Assembly: GCA_963718525.1 (NCBI GenBank)
Contig: OY970355.1
Span: forward strand, 128,001-192,000
Reading direction: 5' to 3'
Length of the DNA: 64,000 nt
Source: Candidatus Dormiibacterota bacterium
GTDB taxonomy: Bacteria; Chloroflexota; Dormibacteria; Aeolococcales; Aeolococcaceae
Part shown: positions 21,479 through 31,811 of the stretch, piece after piece
Position numbering within the stretch: the stretch's first letter is position 1
Layout: each line of letters starts with the position of its first letter
Position numbers and translations under genes: made by a program
Notes under the pieces: generated by a model
What the model saw: only the letters and a program-made list of their open reading frames with translations
Told to the model about the DNA's origin: nothing
Databases searched by the model: none

Positions 21479-22174
21479 GTGTTGATGGCGCTACTGGACG
21501 ACGCAGCATATCGCGCCCGTCGCGGACGATACTCAGACGCTGTAATTCAAGCGCAGGGCGCACGGATAGCTAAGGCCAACTCCCCCAAACTCAAAAAACT
21601 GTTGCCGGCGGATATCCTTTTCTTCCACACAAGGCCGTCTGTCGTAAGTTGGATGGTCATGTATGTCACGGGCAGCATCTGGAGCCATACGGCTATGTAT
21701 GTCGGCGATGAACTCGTGACCGATGCGACCTCTATCGGCGTAAGGAGGCATCCTCTGGCAGATTATTTCAACGGAGAGTCGTCTTTCTCTGCGCGTCGGC
21801 CTCCCTTCTCTGAAGGAGGCGCAGAACGTGCAGTGGATGCCATGAACTCAAAGATCGGCAAGCCCTACGGGTGGACCATGGTGCTACTGATCGGATGGCA
21901 ATCCATTGTAGGTGCGCGGCGAGAATTCGATGGGCGGCATGCGGTCGACGTGCTCTTCTCGCTTGCTGTCTTATCCGTCCCGGCGGCCTTATGGCGACCC
22001 TGGGCTTCCATCACCGGGCTCATCGCAACGTTGTATCTAGTTACGCTTGCCCGAAACCGCGCTGCCTGGCTCGCCGTTCGGAAGGAAACGTCATCCGATT
22101 CCAACTCCCGGCCCGTTCCCGTTGTATTGCCTCGGTATACCCGGCGGTGGAAGCAGCGTGCTCAGCGTGGATAG
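21479..22174 (+). CDS. permuted papain-like (YiiX/YebB NlpC/P60) domain membrane protein
   Basis: ADILFF, WSHTAMYVG, IGKPY; TM C-terminus; visibly lower GC. Confidence 0.7.
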   Translation: MLMALLDDAAYRARRGRYSDAVIQAQGARIAKANSPKLKKLLPADILFFHTRPSVVSWMVMYVTGSIWSHTAMYVGDELVTDATSIGVRRHPLADYFNGESSFSARRPPFSEGGAERAVDAMNSKIGKPYGWTMVLLIGWQSIVGARREFDGRHAVDVLFSLAVLSVPAALWRPWASITGLIATLYLVTLARNRAAWLAVRKETSSDSNSRPVPVVLPRYTRRWKQRAQRG

Positions 22175-22326
22175 CCTCGGTGAGGTCAAAGTACATTTCC
22201 GGATACTTGGCCTGGTGCGAGGGGCTCGTCTTCCAGCGGTTCACGAGCGTCGTAAACGTGTCCCACCGAAACCGGTGGTAGGGATGGCCGTGTAGCGTCG
22301 GATAGCAGTCGGATACTCCGCCCGTC

Positions 22327-22719
22327 CTAGCCCCGAGGTGCGAAGAACTCGAGTGCGATGTTGTCGGGGTCTCGAAATGACAATGCCGAGTAGGAAGGTG
22401 CGTCCACGATGCCACCGTTGGGGATGCCGAGCTCGTTCAGGCGGATTTCCCACACTTCTAACTCATCGCGGTTGGTACAGCCGAAAGCCAGATGATCGAG
22501 ACCCGGCCGGCGCTCGTTGAACGGCTGAGTGCTGTTCAAATCAGGGAACTGAGTTAGACCGACGAGTGTGCCGCTCGTAAGCCAAGCGACACGCTGGAAA
22601 GGACCTGTGTCCTCGTCAAGGATCGGGTCCGAGCCGAACAGGGCCTTGTACCAAGGCACACTCCGTTCGAGGCTCGTAACCGTTAGCGCCACGTGAGTAA
22701 TCGCAGGGAACTCTGGCAT
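22327..22719 (-). CDS. VOC/glyoxalase family protein
   Basis: HVALTV, GLDHLAF, FRDPDNIALE. Confidence 0.9.
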   Translation of the reverse strand: MPEFPAITHVALTVTSLERSVPWYKALFGSDPILDEDTGPFQRVAWLTSGTLVGLTQFPDLNSTQPFNERRPGLDHLAFGCTNRDELEVWEIRLNELGIPNGGIVDAPSYSALSFRDPDNIALEFFAPRG

Positions 22720-23046
22720 GTCTTTTCTGCACCTCGTGAAGGCAGCGAATGCCTCGTCTTTTGGCTGGCAACTCTCTGGGAGTAGAAGCTATCTGGCAGC
22801 ACAAGGCCCCGTCGGTATGGAGCCGACGCATCGCCAACCTCCCCCTTTTGACCTGCCGTCACGGACAGGTCCCCGCTCCGGACGGTAGCAGTTCAGCTCA
22901 GTGCTTTGCGCAGCCGTCCCTGCCACCTATGTGCCGGTCGGGGGCACCTTTCTCGGGTGACATTAACGAACCCTGCCATGAGAGAGAGTTGGCTCACTCG
23001 AGGTTCGGGGCATTCGCTGTTCGGGCAGAATGACTGACCTGCAGAT

Positions 23047-23565
23047 ATGGAGCCTGGTACCGGCGACGTCGTGGTGAGGCGGATACGTCCTGAGGATTGG
23101 GCGGTCACGCGATCCCTCCGTTTGCGCGCCCTCGCCGACGCCCCGTATGCCTTCGCCAGAACCTACCAGGAGGAGTCAGTGCGGCCGGATGCTTTCTGGA
23201 TCGATCGGGCGGTCGTCGCATGCACGGGCAAGAGCATCGCCACTTTCCTAGCGTTCGATGGTCACGAGCCAGCCGGAATCACGACGGGAATAGTGGACGA
23301 TGGCGGCCAGCCGCAACTCGTCTCTATGTGGGTCGATCCCGTTTTGCGCGGTCGCCGCCTCGGCGAATCGTTAGTCAACGCGGTAGTTCAGTGGGCGCTC
23401 GACGGTGGGTTCGAGCAACTCTCACTTTGGGTGAGCGAGGACAACGGTCCCGCAATCCGTCTGTACCAACGGGCGGGCTTCCAATCCACCGACCGGACAG
23501 ATGCGCTCCGACCGGGCTCAGAGGTCCGGATCAGGATGTGGGTGCGCCATCTCAACGCCGTCTGA
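23047..23565 (+). CDS. GNAT acetyltransferase
   Basis: SMWVDP..RGRRLG, N.PAIRLYQRAGF. Confidence 0.9.
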   Translation: MEPGTGDVVVRRIRPEDWAVTRSLRLRALADAPYAFARTYQEESVRPDAFWIDRAVVACTGKSIATFLAFDGHEPAGITTGIVDDGGQPQLVSMWVDPVLRGRRLGESLVNAVVQWALDGGFEQLSLWVSEDNGPAIRLYQRAGFQSTDRTDALRPGSEVRIRMWVRHLNAV

Positions 23566-23730
23566 TCTTTAGCCCGCCTCCGCCGACCTTCGCCAGCGGT
23601 TGCTCTGGCGACATTGGCGGACCCTGGCCTGCGCGAGGTTCATGTTTCTGGTTGCCGTGCTCGTGGGAAACGCGGCCACAGGTCGTCAGTTCCCGAGGCA
23701 TGCTCGGACCGTTGTGGGCCGTCCTGATCG

Positions 23731-24177
23731 ATGGCTGCGAGACTACGCTCCGTGTCCTCCACATGTCGGCCCTACCGGCTCAGCGACGCCGAAGCCCTCC
23801 TGTCGCTCTGGGCTCTTTGCGGGCTCACGCGCCCGTGGAATGATCCGTATCGGGACATCGAGCGCAAGATCGGGGTCGACCCCAACGGCCTTCTAGTGCT
23901 TGAGGATGGCAGTCGATTGGTCGGCGCCGTCATGGTCGGTTATGACGGCCATCGCGGATGGATCAACTACCTGGCGGTACATCCGGATCATCGCCGGTGT
24001 GGGTTGGGCAGTGTCCTTATGGCGGCCGCCGAGCAGCGGCTGGCAGAGCTCGGCTGCCCGAAAGTGAATCTGCAGGTTCGTGCCTCTAACCAGGAAGCGG
24101 TGGCCTTCTATCGCCGCATTGGCTACAGCGTGGATGACGTAGTGAGTATGGGACGACGTCTCGAGAACGACAGCTGA
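23731..24177 (+). CDS. GNAT acetyltransferase (YpeA-like)
   Basis: RPWNDP..DI.RK, GYDGHRGWINYL, GCPKVNLQVR. Confidence 0.9.
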   Translation: MAARLRSVSSTCRPYRLSDAEALLSLWALCGLTRPWNDPYRDIERKIGVDPNGLLVLEDGSRLVGAVMVGYDGHRGWINYLAVHPDHRRCGLGSVLMAAAEQRLAELGCPKVNLQVRASNQEAVAFYRRIGYSVDDVVSMGRRLENDS

Positions 24178-24289
24178 GACGGCGCACCGGCTCAAGGGAC
24201 ATTCGCAGACCCTGGCGTGAGGGAAAATGGTCGGCTTTCGGCTGCCGGACCCTCCTAGTGCGCGACCGTTAGGTCTGCCTCACCCTACG

Positions 24290-24526
24290 TCAGGCTAAGG
24301 GCTGATAGCCGGTCCATCGGGGTTTTCGACGGAGCCACCCGCGGGTTCGGTTGCTTGGGCGGGTACCCGGCGGAGGTGCCCCGTCAGCCGTTAGAACCTG
24401 AATACACAGGACGACGCACTCATCGCAAATGCAAGCGCCTTGCCCAGTAATCAACTTACCCACATGCTCCTCCGACCTGCCGCAGAAAGAGCACCGGGGC
24501 TGCCCGCGCCGTTCTCCAGGTCCCAT
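24290..24526 (-). CDS. standalone ClpX-type C4 zinc-finger protein
   Basis: CSFCGR..KLITG...ICDECV; no ATPase domain. Confidence 0.75.
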   Translation of the reverse strand: MGPGERRGQPRCSFCGRSEEHVGKLITGQGACICDECVVLCIQVLTADGAPPPGTRPSNRTRGWLRRKPRWTGYQPLA

Positions 24527-24811
24527 AACACAACGCTACACCACCGGTCGACCCGTCTCAACCCTACTGATTCGTGTGAGCCAGTCGTGCGCCGCGAAAG
24601 TGCCGCCGGAGCTGCCTGACTCAAGGTGGCTTTGCGGATATTGGCGTGAGGAGCCGCTGCCCCGTTCGGACAACTCACCGCAGCACATGTATGACCCATT
24701 AGCGCACCCCGCTCCGCTGAAGATGGCCTAACCCGCGTCGTCGACCTCCAAGCCGAACTAGCATCGACTTATGAGGTTGACCCTAACGATCAGGTCATCA
24801 ACCATCGCCAG

Positions 24812-25186
24812 GTGCGCCGTGGTGGTGAGCGGGAGCGACGGTCTTGCCCACCGGCCGGAGCCGTCTGGGTTGCGATCCTTGCAGCCGGTGGAGTTGCGGT
24901 GGCGTGTGCGTCCCCTCCGACTGGTTCGGTCACTGGCCTCGCCTGGGCATGCGCTGGAACCGCGCTCACGGCCGGTCAGATGGTCAATGTTGAGGCGTAT
25001 TCCGGCTCGGGGTTCATAGAGAGCGTGACGACGAACGCCAGCCACGTATACACGATGCACCTTCCGCCTGGGAACTACACCATTCGGGTTCCTGCGAACG
25101 CCCCGGAAGGCGTTGTCGATGCGGATCAGGTGACCGTGACAGCCAACCATGCAGTTGCCGCCTATTTCCCCAATTCTTGTAAGTAG
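24812..25186 (+). CDS. putative lipoprotein, carboxypeptidase-regulatory-like beta-sandwich
   Basis: VAVAC lipobox; LPPGNYTI. Confidence 0.65.
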   Translation: MRRGGERERRSCPPAGAVWVAILAAGGVAVACASPPTGSVTGLAWACAGTALTAGQMVNVEAYSGSGFIESVTTNASHVYTMHLPPGNYTIRVPANAPEGVVDADQVTVTANHAVAAYFPNSCK

Positions 25187-25298
25187 CGCTGGGCATCGGG
25201 AATATCCATGAATAGTGGGGCGCGTCCTCGAGGTACATTCGCGGATGCTCGCATGCGCAAGAGCCTTCCGCGTTCGGTGGAAAACAACGCTCCTACGA

Positions 25299-25892
25299 TC
25301 AGGGGCAAGTCCATTGCCCATCAATGCTGAGCGTAGGTGCAGGCACCCCCGGCACGGCAGATGTGCCGGTGGTGGCTTGCAGAGTGGCGCTCAGCGTGCC
25401 CGAGTGACCGTCGCTGCCGGTGATGGTCAGAACACCTGCAACTGACTGCCAGATCGTCTCTGTGCTGTACTCCTCGACCTCAACCTTTGGCACGCCATCC
25501 CTAACGCCCATTCCATGCGGCCACGGCGGCAGGTCGTACTTGCCAGCACCTGCAAAGAAGCCGTCGATTTCGATGTTGAGTCCGAACGTCTGCGTGCTCC
25601 CAGAAAAGCGAAGCAGAACAGCAAGCCCTTGGCTGCTGAGAGTGCAGATTGTCGGCGCATCTGGAGCCGCTGTGGCACATTCGTCGAATCCTCCAACAAC
25701 GTTCAGCTCGTGAGAGCCGCAGTTCGGCGGCGTCGGGGACGCCGTGACAGCAGGGGGATGGCTGGGCGTTGGCGACGCCCCGTGGCTACCGATTCGGCTG
25801 GTTACGAGCCATGACCCGAAGCCGACGACGATGACGACGCCAGCTAGCCAGCCGATGAACCCGGGCTGGTCTCGGTGGTCTGATGTGGCCAT
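25299..25892 (-). CDS. membrane-anchored protein (paralog family B)
   Basis: TM, Pro linker, 4 Cys; homologous to 48410-49039. Confidence 0.75.
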   Translation of the reverse strand: MATSDHRDQPGFIGWLAGVVIVVGFGSWLVTSRIGSHGASPTPSHPPAVTASPTPPNCGSHELNVVGGFDECATAAPDAPTICTLSSQGLAVLLRFSGSTQTFGLNIEIDGFFAGAGKYDLPPWPHGMGVRDGVPKVEVEEYSTETIWQSVAGVLTITGSDGHSGTLSATLQATTGTSAVPGVPAPTLSIDGQWTCP

Positions 25893-26071
25893 TTGTTGCT
25901 TCCTCGACGCGACTATACGGGTGCTTTTTCGAGGAAGACGCCGAAGTGCGATGTTGGTCGGTCTTCAGACCGTTCACGTGACACCCGGCGGCTCGTGGCC
26001 AGCACGGAGCGGCTTTCCGGGTACATTTGCGGATACTCGCCTGCGACACAGTTCTCAGGTTTGAGGCTGGT

Positions 26072-26369
26072 TCAAGCGAGCAAGAGCGCGTCGAGCTGTT
26101 CGGCAACGTCCGCCTTCAGTTGATCGACATCGCTACTTATCTTGCCGCCTAAGCACAACATAAAGACAAGCGCATCAACGACGTCACCCTCTCTGTACAC
26201 GAGGAGACTCACCTCAGAATCTACCCCCTTGAGCCCGCACCACACGCTCCACCCCCCTGGGTTCTGCTCGCAGTCCTGCTTGCAGTAGCCTCGGCGTGTA
26301 CTCCGTTAGGACCTCCTGAACGGCCGTCGGTGCCGCTTCCTCAAGATCTGTCAGGACGCTGTTGTCCAT
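26072..26369 (-). pseudogene. hypothetical protein with +1 frameshift
   Basis: MDNSVLTDLEE.. continues in another frame (DSEVSLLVY..LLLA*); the extra base is probably in a C homopolymer at 26224-26257. Confidence 0.5.
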
Positions 26370-26528
26370 CACCGGATCATTGTCCCTCCCTCCCGCTATC
26401 CGCGAGCACTCTGGGAACCTTGGCGGATGCTGGCATGCGCCAAGCGGCCCTCCTCTGGCCCAGATCCGCTTCCCCTGACTGCGAATAGGTAGTGTCGCTG
26501 AACTGGGTTGGCCACTAGGATCTGCTGT

Positions 26529-26777
26529 ATGAGCCGTTCCTTCTCCAATGCGCTCTTGGTCGCGTCGGTGCCAGTGGGAATTGGAGTTGGCATTTGGACG
26601 GCCCTGCTCAGGGTCGACGTCTCGGCCCAGGTCTGCGGCCATTTCCTATGTGCTGCCTTTGGAACTCCCTTCGCGCGGTGGCAGTCGGCACTGCTAGGGG
26701 CTGTTGCAGCCGCGGTGGTGGTACTAGCCTCCATCGCCGCATCCCGTCTCGGCAAAACCTCCCTGAGTCAGCACTAG
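26529..26777 (+). CDS. small 2-TM protein with Cys-loop (family A)
   Basis: ASVPVG..GIWTA..C....C..FARWQS. Confidence 0.7.
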   Translation: MSRSFSNALLVASVPVGIGVGIWTALLRVDVSAQVCGHFLCAAFGTPFARWQSALLGAVAAAVVVLASIAASRLGKTSLSQH

Positions 26778-26930
26778 CCTGAACGAGACACTGGCGGATG
26801 CTCGCGCGGCCCAGGCTCTAAGTTGTCGATGCGGGATACGCTCTGCCGATGAGTTCCACCGAATCGGACGACAGATAGGTGGATGCTGTCCTCGCTGCAG
26901 TCATAGAGACTCGGACACAAGGAGCCACCG

Positions 26931-27326
26931 ATGACGCTGCGTAAGCTCAATCCCTCTGCACTGCCGACCCCTACCGGCTATTCACAGGTTGTCGTGGCAG
27001 CCGGCTCCCGAACGGTCTTCATCGCCGGACAGGTGGCGCTCGATCGAGACGGCGGACTTGTCGCACCCGGGGACGTCGTCGGCCAGGCTCGCCAAGCGTT
27101 CGCGAATATGCGAATTGCGATCGAGGCAGCCGGAGCGGCAATCGACGATGTGACCAAGATAACCTGGTACGTGGTCGGCTACCGGCCGGAGTGGCTTCCC
27201 GAGCTGGCGGCCGCCCGCAATGAGGTGCTCGGCGGGCATATGCCAGCGAGCACATTGGTGGGTGTAGGCGCTCTCGCCCAGGACCACTTTCTCGTTGAGG
27301 TCGAAGCGGTAGCTGTGATCGACTAG
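26931..27326 (+). CDS. RidA/YjgF family protein
   Basis: GYSQVV, VFIAGQV, PASTLVGV.AL, LVEVEAVA; AAGGAG RBS. Confidence 0.92.
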   Translation: MTLRKLNPSALPTPTGYSQVVVAAGSRTVFIAGQVALDRDGGLVAPGDVVGQARQAFANMRIAIEAAGAAIDDVTKITWYVVGYRPEWLPELAAARNEVLGGHMPASTLVGVGALAQDHFLVEVEAVAVID

Positions 27327-27637
27327 ACGAAGAGACGCTGTACTGAAGCGACGTTCGGCCGATGAGGCGCATATGGGGCCCCCGTTGTTCGGTTTGCCCC
27401 GTGCACCGATGTATCTCCCACTGGTACCGCTCCAGCGACATTGGCGGATGCTCGCGTGTCCGCCCAACTTCTGCCTGCGGAGGTGAAATGTTGCCCTGCC
27501 AGGCGCGGGTAATAGCCTGACGGCGACAGCAGCGTGCACGCGCCCGATGGGCGAAAATGCGCCCGGGTCCGAGCTACTGAACCTCCGGCGAGGCCGTCCA
27601 GTTTCACTGACGACACCGGGCTGCCCCAGTCCTAGTC

Positions 27638-28129
27638 TCAACTCGCGGTTTCGTTGGTGGCGACTGCCCGAGCGAGCTGCCCGAGATGCTCTTGCTCATG
27701 CGACGCCATGTCGCCGGCGAGTCGCAACATCGACACCTCGCCAAAGTCCGTCTGGACGGAAGACGTCCACTCGTGGTTGGAGAGTCCGAGCAGGAGACCG
27801 ACCAGTTCGCGGCGCCGCAGAGTGAAGGCTCGGACCTGATCAGCCGCCGACAGGCCAGCCCTGGCCAGCAAGTCGCCGTATGTGCGCTCGTCCAGTCCGA
27901 GATGGACACCGTCGGGGCGTATCAGCCAGTTCCAAATCCGAGACGCAACGATCAGATCACTAGCGCGGACGTGCCTGAGGACTTCCAGCGGCGACCAGTC
28001 ATCGGGAGCTGGGCGACGACCGAACTCGGCCTCACCTAAGTGGGAAAGGGCAGCTTCGAATTGCTGGGGGCTTTCCGCCAGGATGGCGATACAGCCCTCG
28101 ACCGCATGCGACTCTGGCTCAGACCTCAC
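27638..28129 (-). CDS. DinB family protein
   Basis: DWSPLEVLRHV..HEQEHLGQL. Confidence 0.8.
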   Translation of the reverse strand: MRSEPESHAVEGCIAILAESPQQFEAALSHLGEAEFGRRPAPDDWSPLEVLRHVRASDLIVASRIWNWLIRPDGVHLGLDERTYGDLLARAGLSAADQVRAFTLRRRELVGLLLGLSNHEWTSSVQTDFGEVSMLRLAGDMASHEQEHLGQLARAVATNETAS

Positions 28130-28381
28130 TCGCTGATTCTGTCTGATCTTCTGCTATCAAAGATGGAACGCCGGATACGCCGCGGCCCGAAAACGTACCC
28201 GCCTCTGGGGACATTGGTGGATGCTGGCATGGGCGAGCGACCCGGAGATTGAACTCCGCCATCGCTGCGATCTTTCGCTGCCGCCACCGGAGACGGGATC
28301 GCGGTCGCGACGCGATAGCGGGGATGCAACACTTCAAGTGGGGCCGCATGGTTACGAGCGCGGCCGAACTAAGCTGGCGGG

Positions 28382-28861
28382 ATGGCCGAAGAGCGACCAG
28401 GTCGGCTGACCGCGCTTCGACGCGGTCTTCACCGCCTAACGCGGGAGCATCCAGCGGCGTGGGCCGGGCTCGGGATCACGTGCCTTGCTGGCCTGGTGAT
28501 CGTGGCAGCCTTCCCCGGCGCCTCTTCGGGTTCAAAACGCGTCAACCCTAAGGTTTCACTCCCGCCGGGTATGGGCGCCGTAGTCGGTGGCATCGAAGCG
28601 TGCTATGACAGCGGTCCTCCACCGGGCGGCTACCCGTGGGTGGCGGGTTCGGTTGCTCTGTATGCCGCGGGGGACCGCGATTTCCTCAAGCCAATCGCAA
28701 TTGGTACCGCAGCACCCAACGCAGATTTCGTCGTGCTGGCTTCGCCTGGTGACTACGAACTCGCGGCCTACGCGGGCCTTTCCAACCCGGCGGTCTCAGT
28801 GACTGTGCGGAGCGGGAACATTACCTTCCAAGATCTTCGCTCGAATGGTGGATGCATCTGA
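28382..28861 (+). CDS. membrane-anchored beta-sandwich protein
   Basis: TM followed by GAVVGGIEAC..PGDYEL; resembles the 24812 protein. Confidence 0.6.
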   Translation: MAEERPGRLTALRRGLHRLTREHPAAWAGLGITCLAGLVIVAAFPGASSGSKRVNPKVSLPPGMGAVVGGIEACYDSGPPPGGYPWVAGSVALYAAGDRDFLKPIAIGTAAPNADFVVLASPGDYELAAYAGLSNPAVSVTVRSGNITFQDLRSNGGCI

Positions 28862-29044
28862 GTTCGTGGCTCAAGGGACATCGGCGGATGCTGGCGTGCG
28901 CTGCGATCATCGTGTTTGGCCTCGATGCTGGTTCCTAAGCGCGGCCTCGTACACGCTTCCGACTGGAATCACCGTTGCTGCTACGGATCGCGTTCAGCCC
29001 CGCGTGGTTCGCGCTGGGGACCAGGCCCGAGCTAGCATCGACCC

Positions 29045-29308
29045 ATGGGCACACTCGCGAACATTCTTCGGGTAGCGTCCGTGCCGGTGGGTGTCTTGAT
29101 TGGTCTGTGGACCGCGCACCTTACAAGCCTTCCGAGCAGCTACCGATGCCCAGTTGACGCTTTCTGCCTCCCCTTGAATTTCTATTTGAGGCCCACCTTC
29201 GCGATGTGGCAATGCGTCTTGTTCGGTGCAGGCGCTGCTGCCGTCTTGCTCCTAATGTCCTTTGCGGTGGCGCGCTTGCCGAGCGCAAGGCCGCTCACCG
29301 CGGCCTGA
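29045..29308 (+). CDS. small 2-TM protein with Cys-loop (family A)
   Basis: LRVASVPVGVLIGLWTA..C.....C..TFAMWQCVLFGAGAAA. Confidence 0.75.
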   Translation: MGTLANILRVASVPVGVLIGLWTAHLTSLPSSYRCPVDAFCLPLNFYLRPTFAMWQCVLFGAGAAAVLLLMSFAVARLPSARPLTAA

Positions 29309-29553
29309 AGGCGTTATCCGTCGCCTCGTCTCGTCCAAACAGCCCAACTCCGTCTCGTCCAGCCACCTTGAGTGCGTTCATCTCTGCGGCATAGAACGGC
29401 TGGCCGACGTTGGCTCAAGATACATTCGCGGACCCTGGCTTGCGGTAGAGGGCTGTGCCTCGGGCGCATGGGCACGCCCCCCGCGTCGACCCACGCGGAG
29501 CCCAGCCAGTCAGCGTGGACCCTGGCGGCACGGCGATCGGCACAATCGGGATC

Positions 29554-30219
29554 ATGTCAACACCGGTAGCGTTCTCATGGAGTGCAGGGAAAGACTCAGC
29601 CTTCGGTCTTCGGACGCTGCTCCGTGATCCCAGGTACGAGGTCCGGGCGCTGATGACGACCATCACGGAGGGCTACGACCGGGTGAGCATATCGGGCGTG
29701 CGCGAGGAGCTTCTTGACCGGCAGGCCTCAGCGCTCCAGTTGCCATTGATCAAGGTGCGGATTCCCCCCGCTTGCACGACGGAGGAATACGAAGAGCGCT
29801 TGGCGACGGCGCTGGCCGGCGAAGAGCTCAGTGGCGTTGAGCACGTTGCTTTCGGGGACCTCTTTCTGGAGGACGTTCGGGCGCATCGGGAGGAGCGCCT
29901 GAGCCTGGCTGGCAAGCACGGTCTTTTCCCGCTCTGGGGCCGGGATACAAACGCGCTGGCTCGAGACATGATAGCCAACGGATTTCGCGCCTTCGTCGTA
30001 TGCGTCGATCCTGAGGCCCTCGATGCGTCCTTCGCGGGGAGACCGTTCGACGGCACGTTCCTACGCGACCTGCCCAAGGGCGTCGACCCTTGCGGCGAGA
30101 ACGGCGAGTTTCACACCTTCGTATGGGCGGCGCCGATGTATCAGAACCCGATTCCGTGCCGTACCGGTGAGGTGGTCATCCGCGACGGATTTGTGTTCTG
30201 CGACGTTATTCCACATTGA
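29554..30219 (+). CDS. PP-loop ATPase, diphthamide-synthase-like (Dph6/DUF71)
   Basis: SWSAGKDS, FGDLFLED, DPCGENGEFHTFV. Confidence 0.9.
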   Translation: MSTPVAFSWSAGKDSAFGLRTLLRDPRYEVRALMTTITEGYDRVSISGVREELLDRQASALQLPLIKVRIPPACTTEEYEERLATALAGEELSGVEHVAFGDLFLEDVRAHREERLSLAGKHGLFPLWGRDTNALARDMIANGFRAFVVCVDPEALDASFAGRPFDGTFLRDLPKGVDPCGENGEFHTFVWAAPMYQNPIPCRTGEVVIRDGFVFCDVIPH

Positions 30220-30466
30220 TGGGATCCGATAACAGGAGCTGCTTACCCACCACCGATGAGTGCGCCCGCAAGCGTCGTTTCGAGCCACGCAACGTATCGC
30301 GCCGTCCCCAGCCCAGCAGGACAGTCAGCAACTGATGCACCTCTGGATTGCTCACGGCCCAGACCCGTCTCAGCCGACACCGCCGATGAGGCGCCCTCCC
30401 GGAGCTGGCGTTGCTGCGGAGAGCCTCAAACGCTGTCGGGGCAGGCTGCCTCCGTCGGCGACGTTC

Positions 30467-30976
30467 TCATGACGAGCGTGGGACCCGTGGAGCTGACCGC
30501 ATCAGCCCCGCACCCAGCAGAACGGCCGGAATGAGCCCGACTGCGGCCGGAATGACCATCTCGGCTGCCGATGGATCGACAGCCGGGTAAGTCGCGAAGA
30601 GGAGTCGGACAAGGCCCGCGCCGTAACCGGCGAGGCACACGCCTACGGCGATCAACGCCGGCAGCCTTCTGCCCCTCTTCGCAAACACGCCCAGCACGAG
30701 TAGGACGGCGGGACCCGCAACGAGGGCCGTGAGCAGCACATCAATTCCATCGGGGATCCGCTGATGGCGCGCAACCGCTAGGCCGACACCGTAGAGATCA
30801 GCTGCGATAGCAACGATGAGGAGCACGACCGCAGCCGCAACGAGACTGGCGCCGCCGGCGGCCATGAGACGACGATCGGTTCCGACACCCTGCTGCGGGG
30901 AATACCACCCGTACGCCGCGGTGGCACCTACATACATAGCGAGAAGGAGGGTGAGGATGATCACGTCCCCCTCCAC
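30467..30976 (-). CDS. membrane protein
   Basis: About 5 TM segments. Confidence 0.6.
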   Translation of the reverse strand: MEGDVIILTLLLAMYVGATAAYGWYSPQQGVGTDRRLMAAGGASLVAAAVVLLIVAIAADLYGVGLAVARHQRIPDGIDVLLTALVAGPAVLLVLGVFAKRGRRLPALIAVGVCLAGYGAGLVRLLFATYPAVDPSAAEMVIPAAVGLIPAVLLGAGLMRSAPRVPRSS

Positions 30977-31242
30977 CTACGTATGGCATACGCCGCCGAT
31001 GCTTGCATCCGACTGCTCCGCGCATTGCGTGTCGCGCCGAGATGCAACGCACCGTCCACCGTGAAGGCTACGCCGCTTCGGAGAACGTGCAGCAGGGTCA
31101 CCACTGTCATCTTGCTGACAGTTGAGTGGTGGTTCAGCTCCCCCGTCTCCCGTCGAAGAATGGTCGGCGCGACCTTACAGTCGACAGCTGGCATCGTACA
31201 GACGTTCACTATCACGACGAACCGCCTTGTGGCTAGCATCTG

Positions 31243-31638
31243 GTGAGGCACATCCTTAGTCCGTTGACGAAGGGGATCATCCTCGTCCCGTTTGCAGGCT
31301 TCTTCCTGTGCGGCTGCGGAACTGGCTTCACACCGGTCACCTGCACCAATCAATATGGCGTGACGCGAACCTGGTCGTCGTTACCGTCCGGCATCTCCGG
31401 TGGGCTCTTTGGCGCATCGCAGGCGTCCATTCAGGGGTCAATCGACAAGAGCGCTGGACCGCCGCCGGTGAACATCAGATATCCCGTGCTAAGCGCCATC
31501 GCGGAGGGGGTCGATCCGGTCGATGCAGCCCGTATGTTCGGACTAATTACCATCGCGGACCCCGGCGTTCCGACCCCTGCTCAAATCGCCAAAGCCGAGG
31601 ATCCTGCCACCTACGGCTGGACCTGCCACGCCGCGTAG
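31243..31638 (+). CDS. putative lipoprotein
   Basis: LCGC lipobox. Confidence 0.6.
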   Translation: MRHILSPLTKGIILVPFAGFFLCGCGTGFTPVTCTNQYGVTRTWSSLPSGISGGLFGASQASIQGSIDKSAGPPPVNIRYPVLSAIAEGVDPVDAARMFGLITIADPGVPTPAQIAKAEDPATYGWTCHAA

Positions 31639-31811
31639 CGGAGACCGACCTACTCCTGTTCGACCCCGACCCTTCCGTCCAGGAAACCTCTGCTCGAGAG
31701 TGGTGCGCGTGGGAAGACACCCATGTCTCGCTCGCTCCGGGTCACCAGCCTAGGCGGTGGGAGGGGACCCGGATGGGCCCCCGTCCCGACCGCCAGTCAC
31801 GCCGACGGCGC

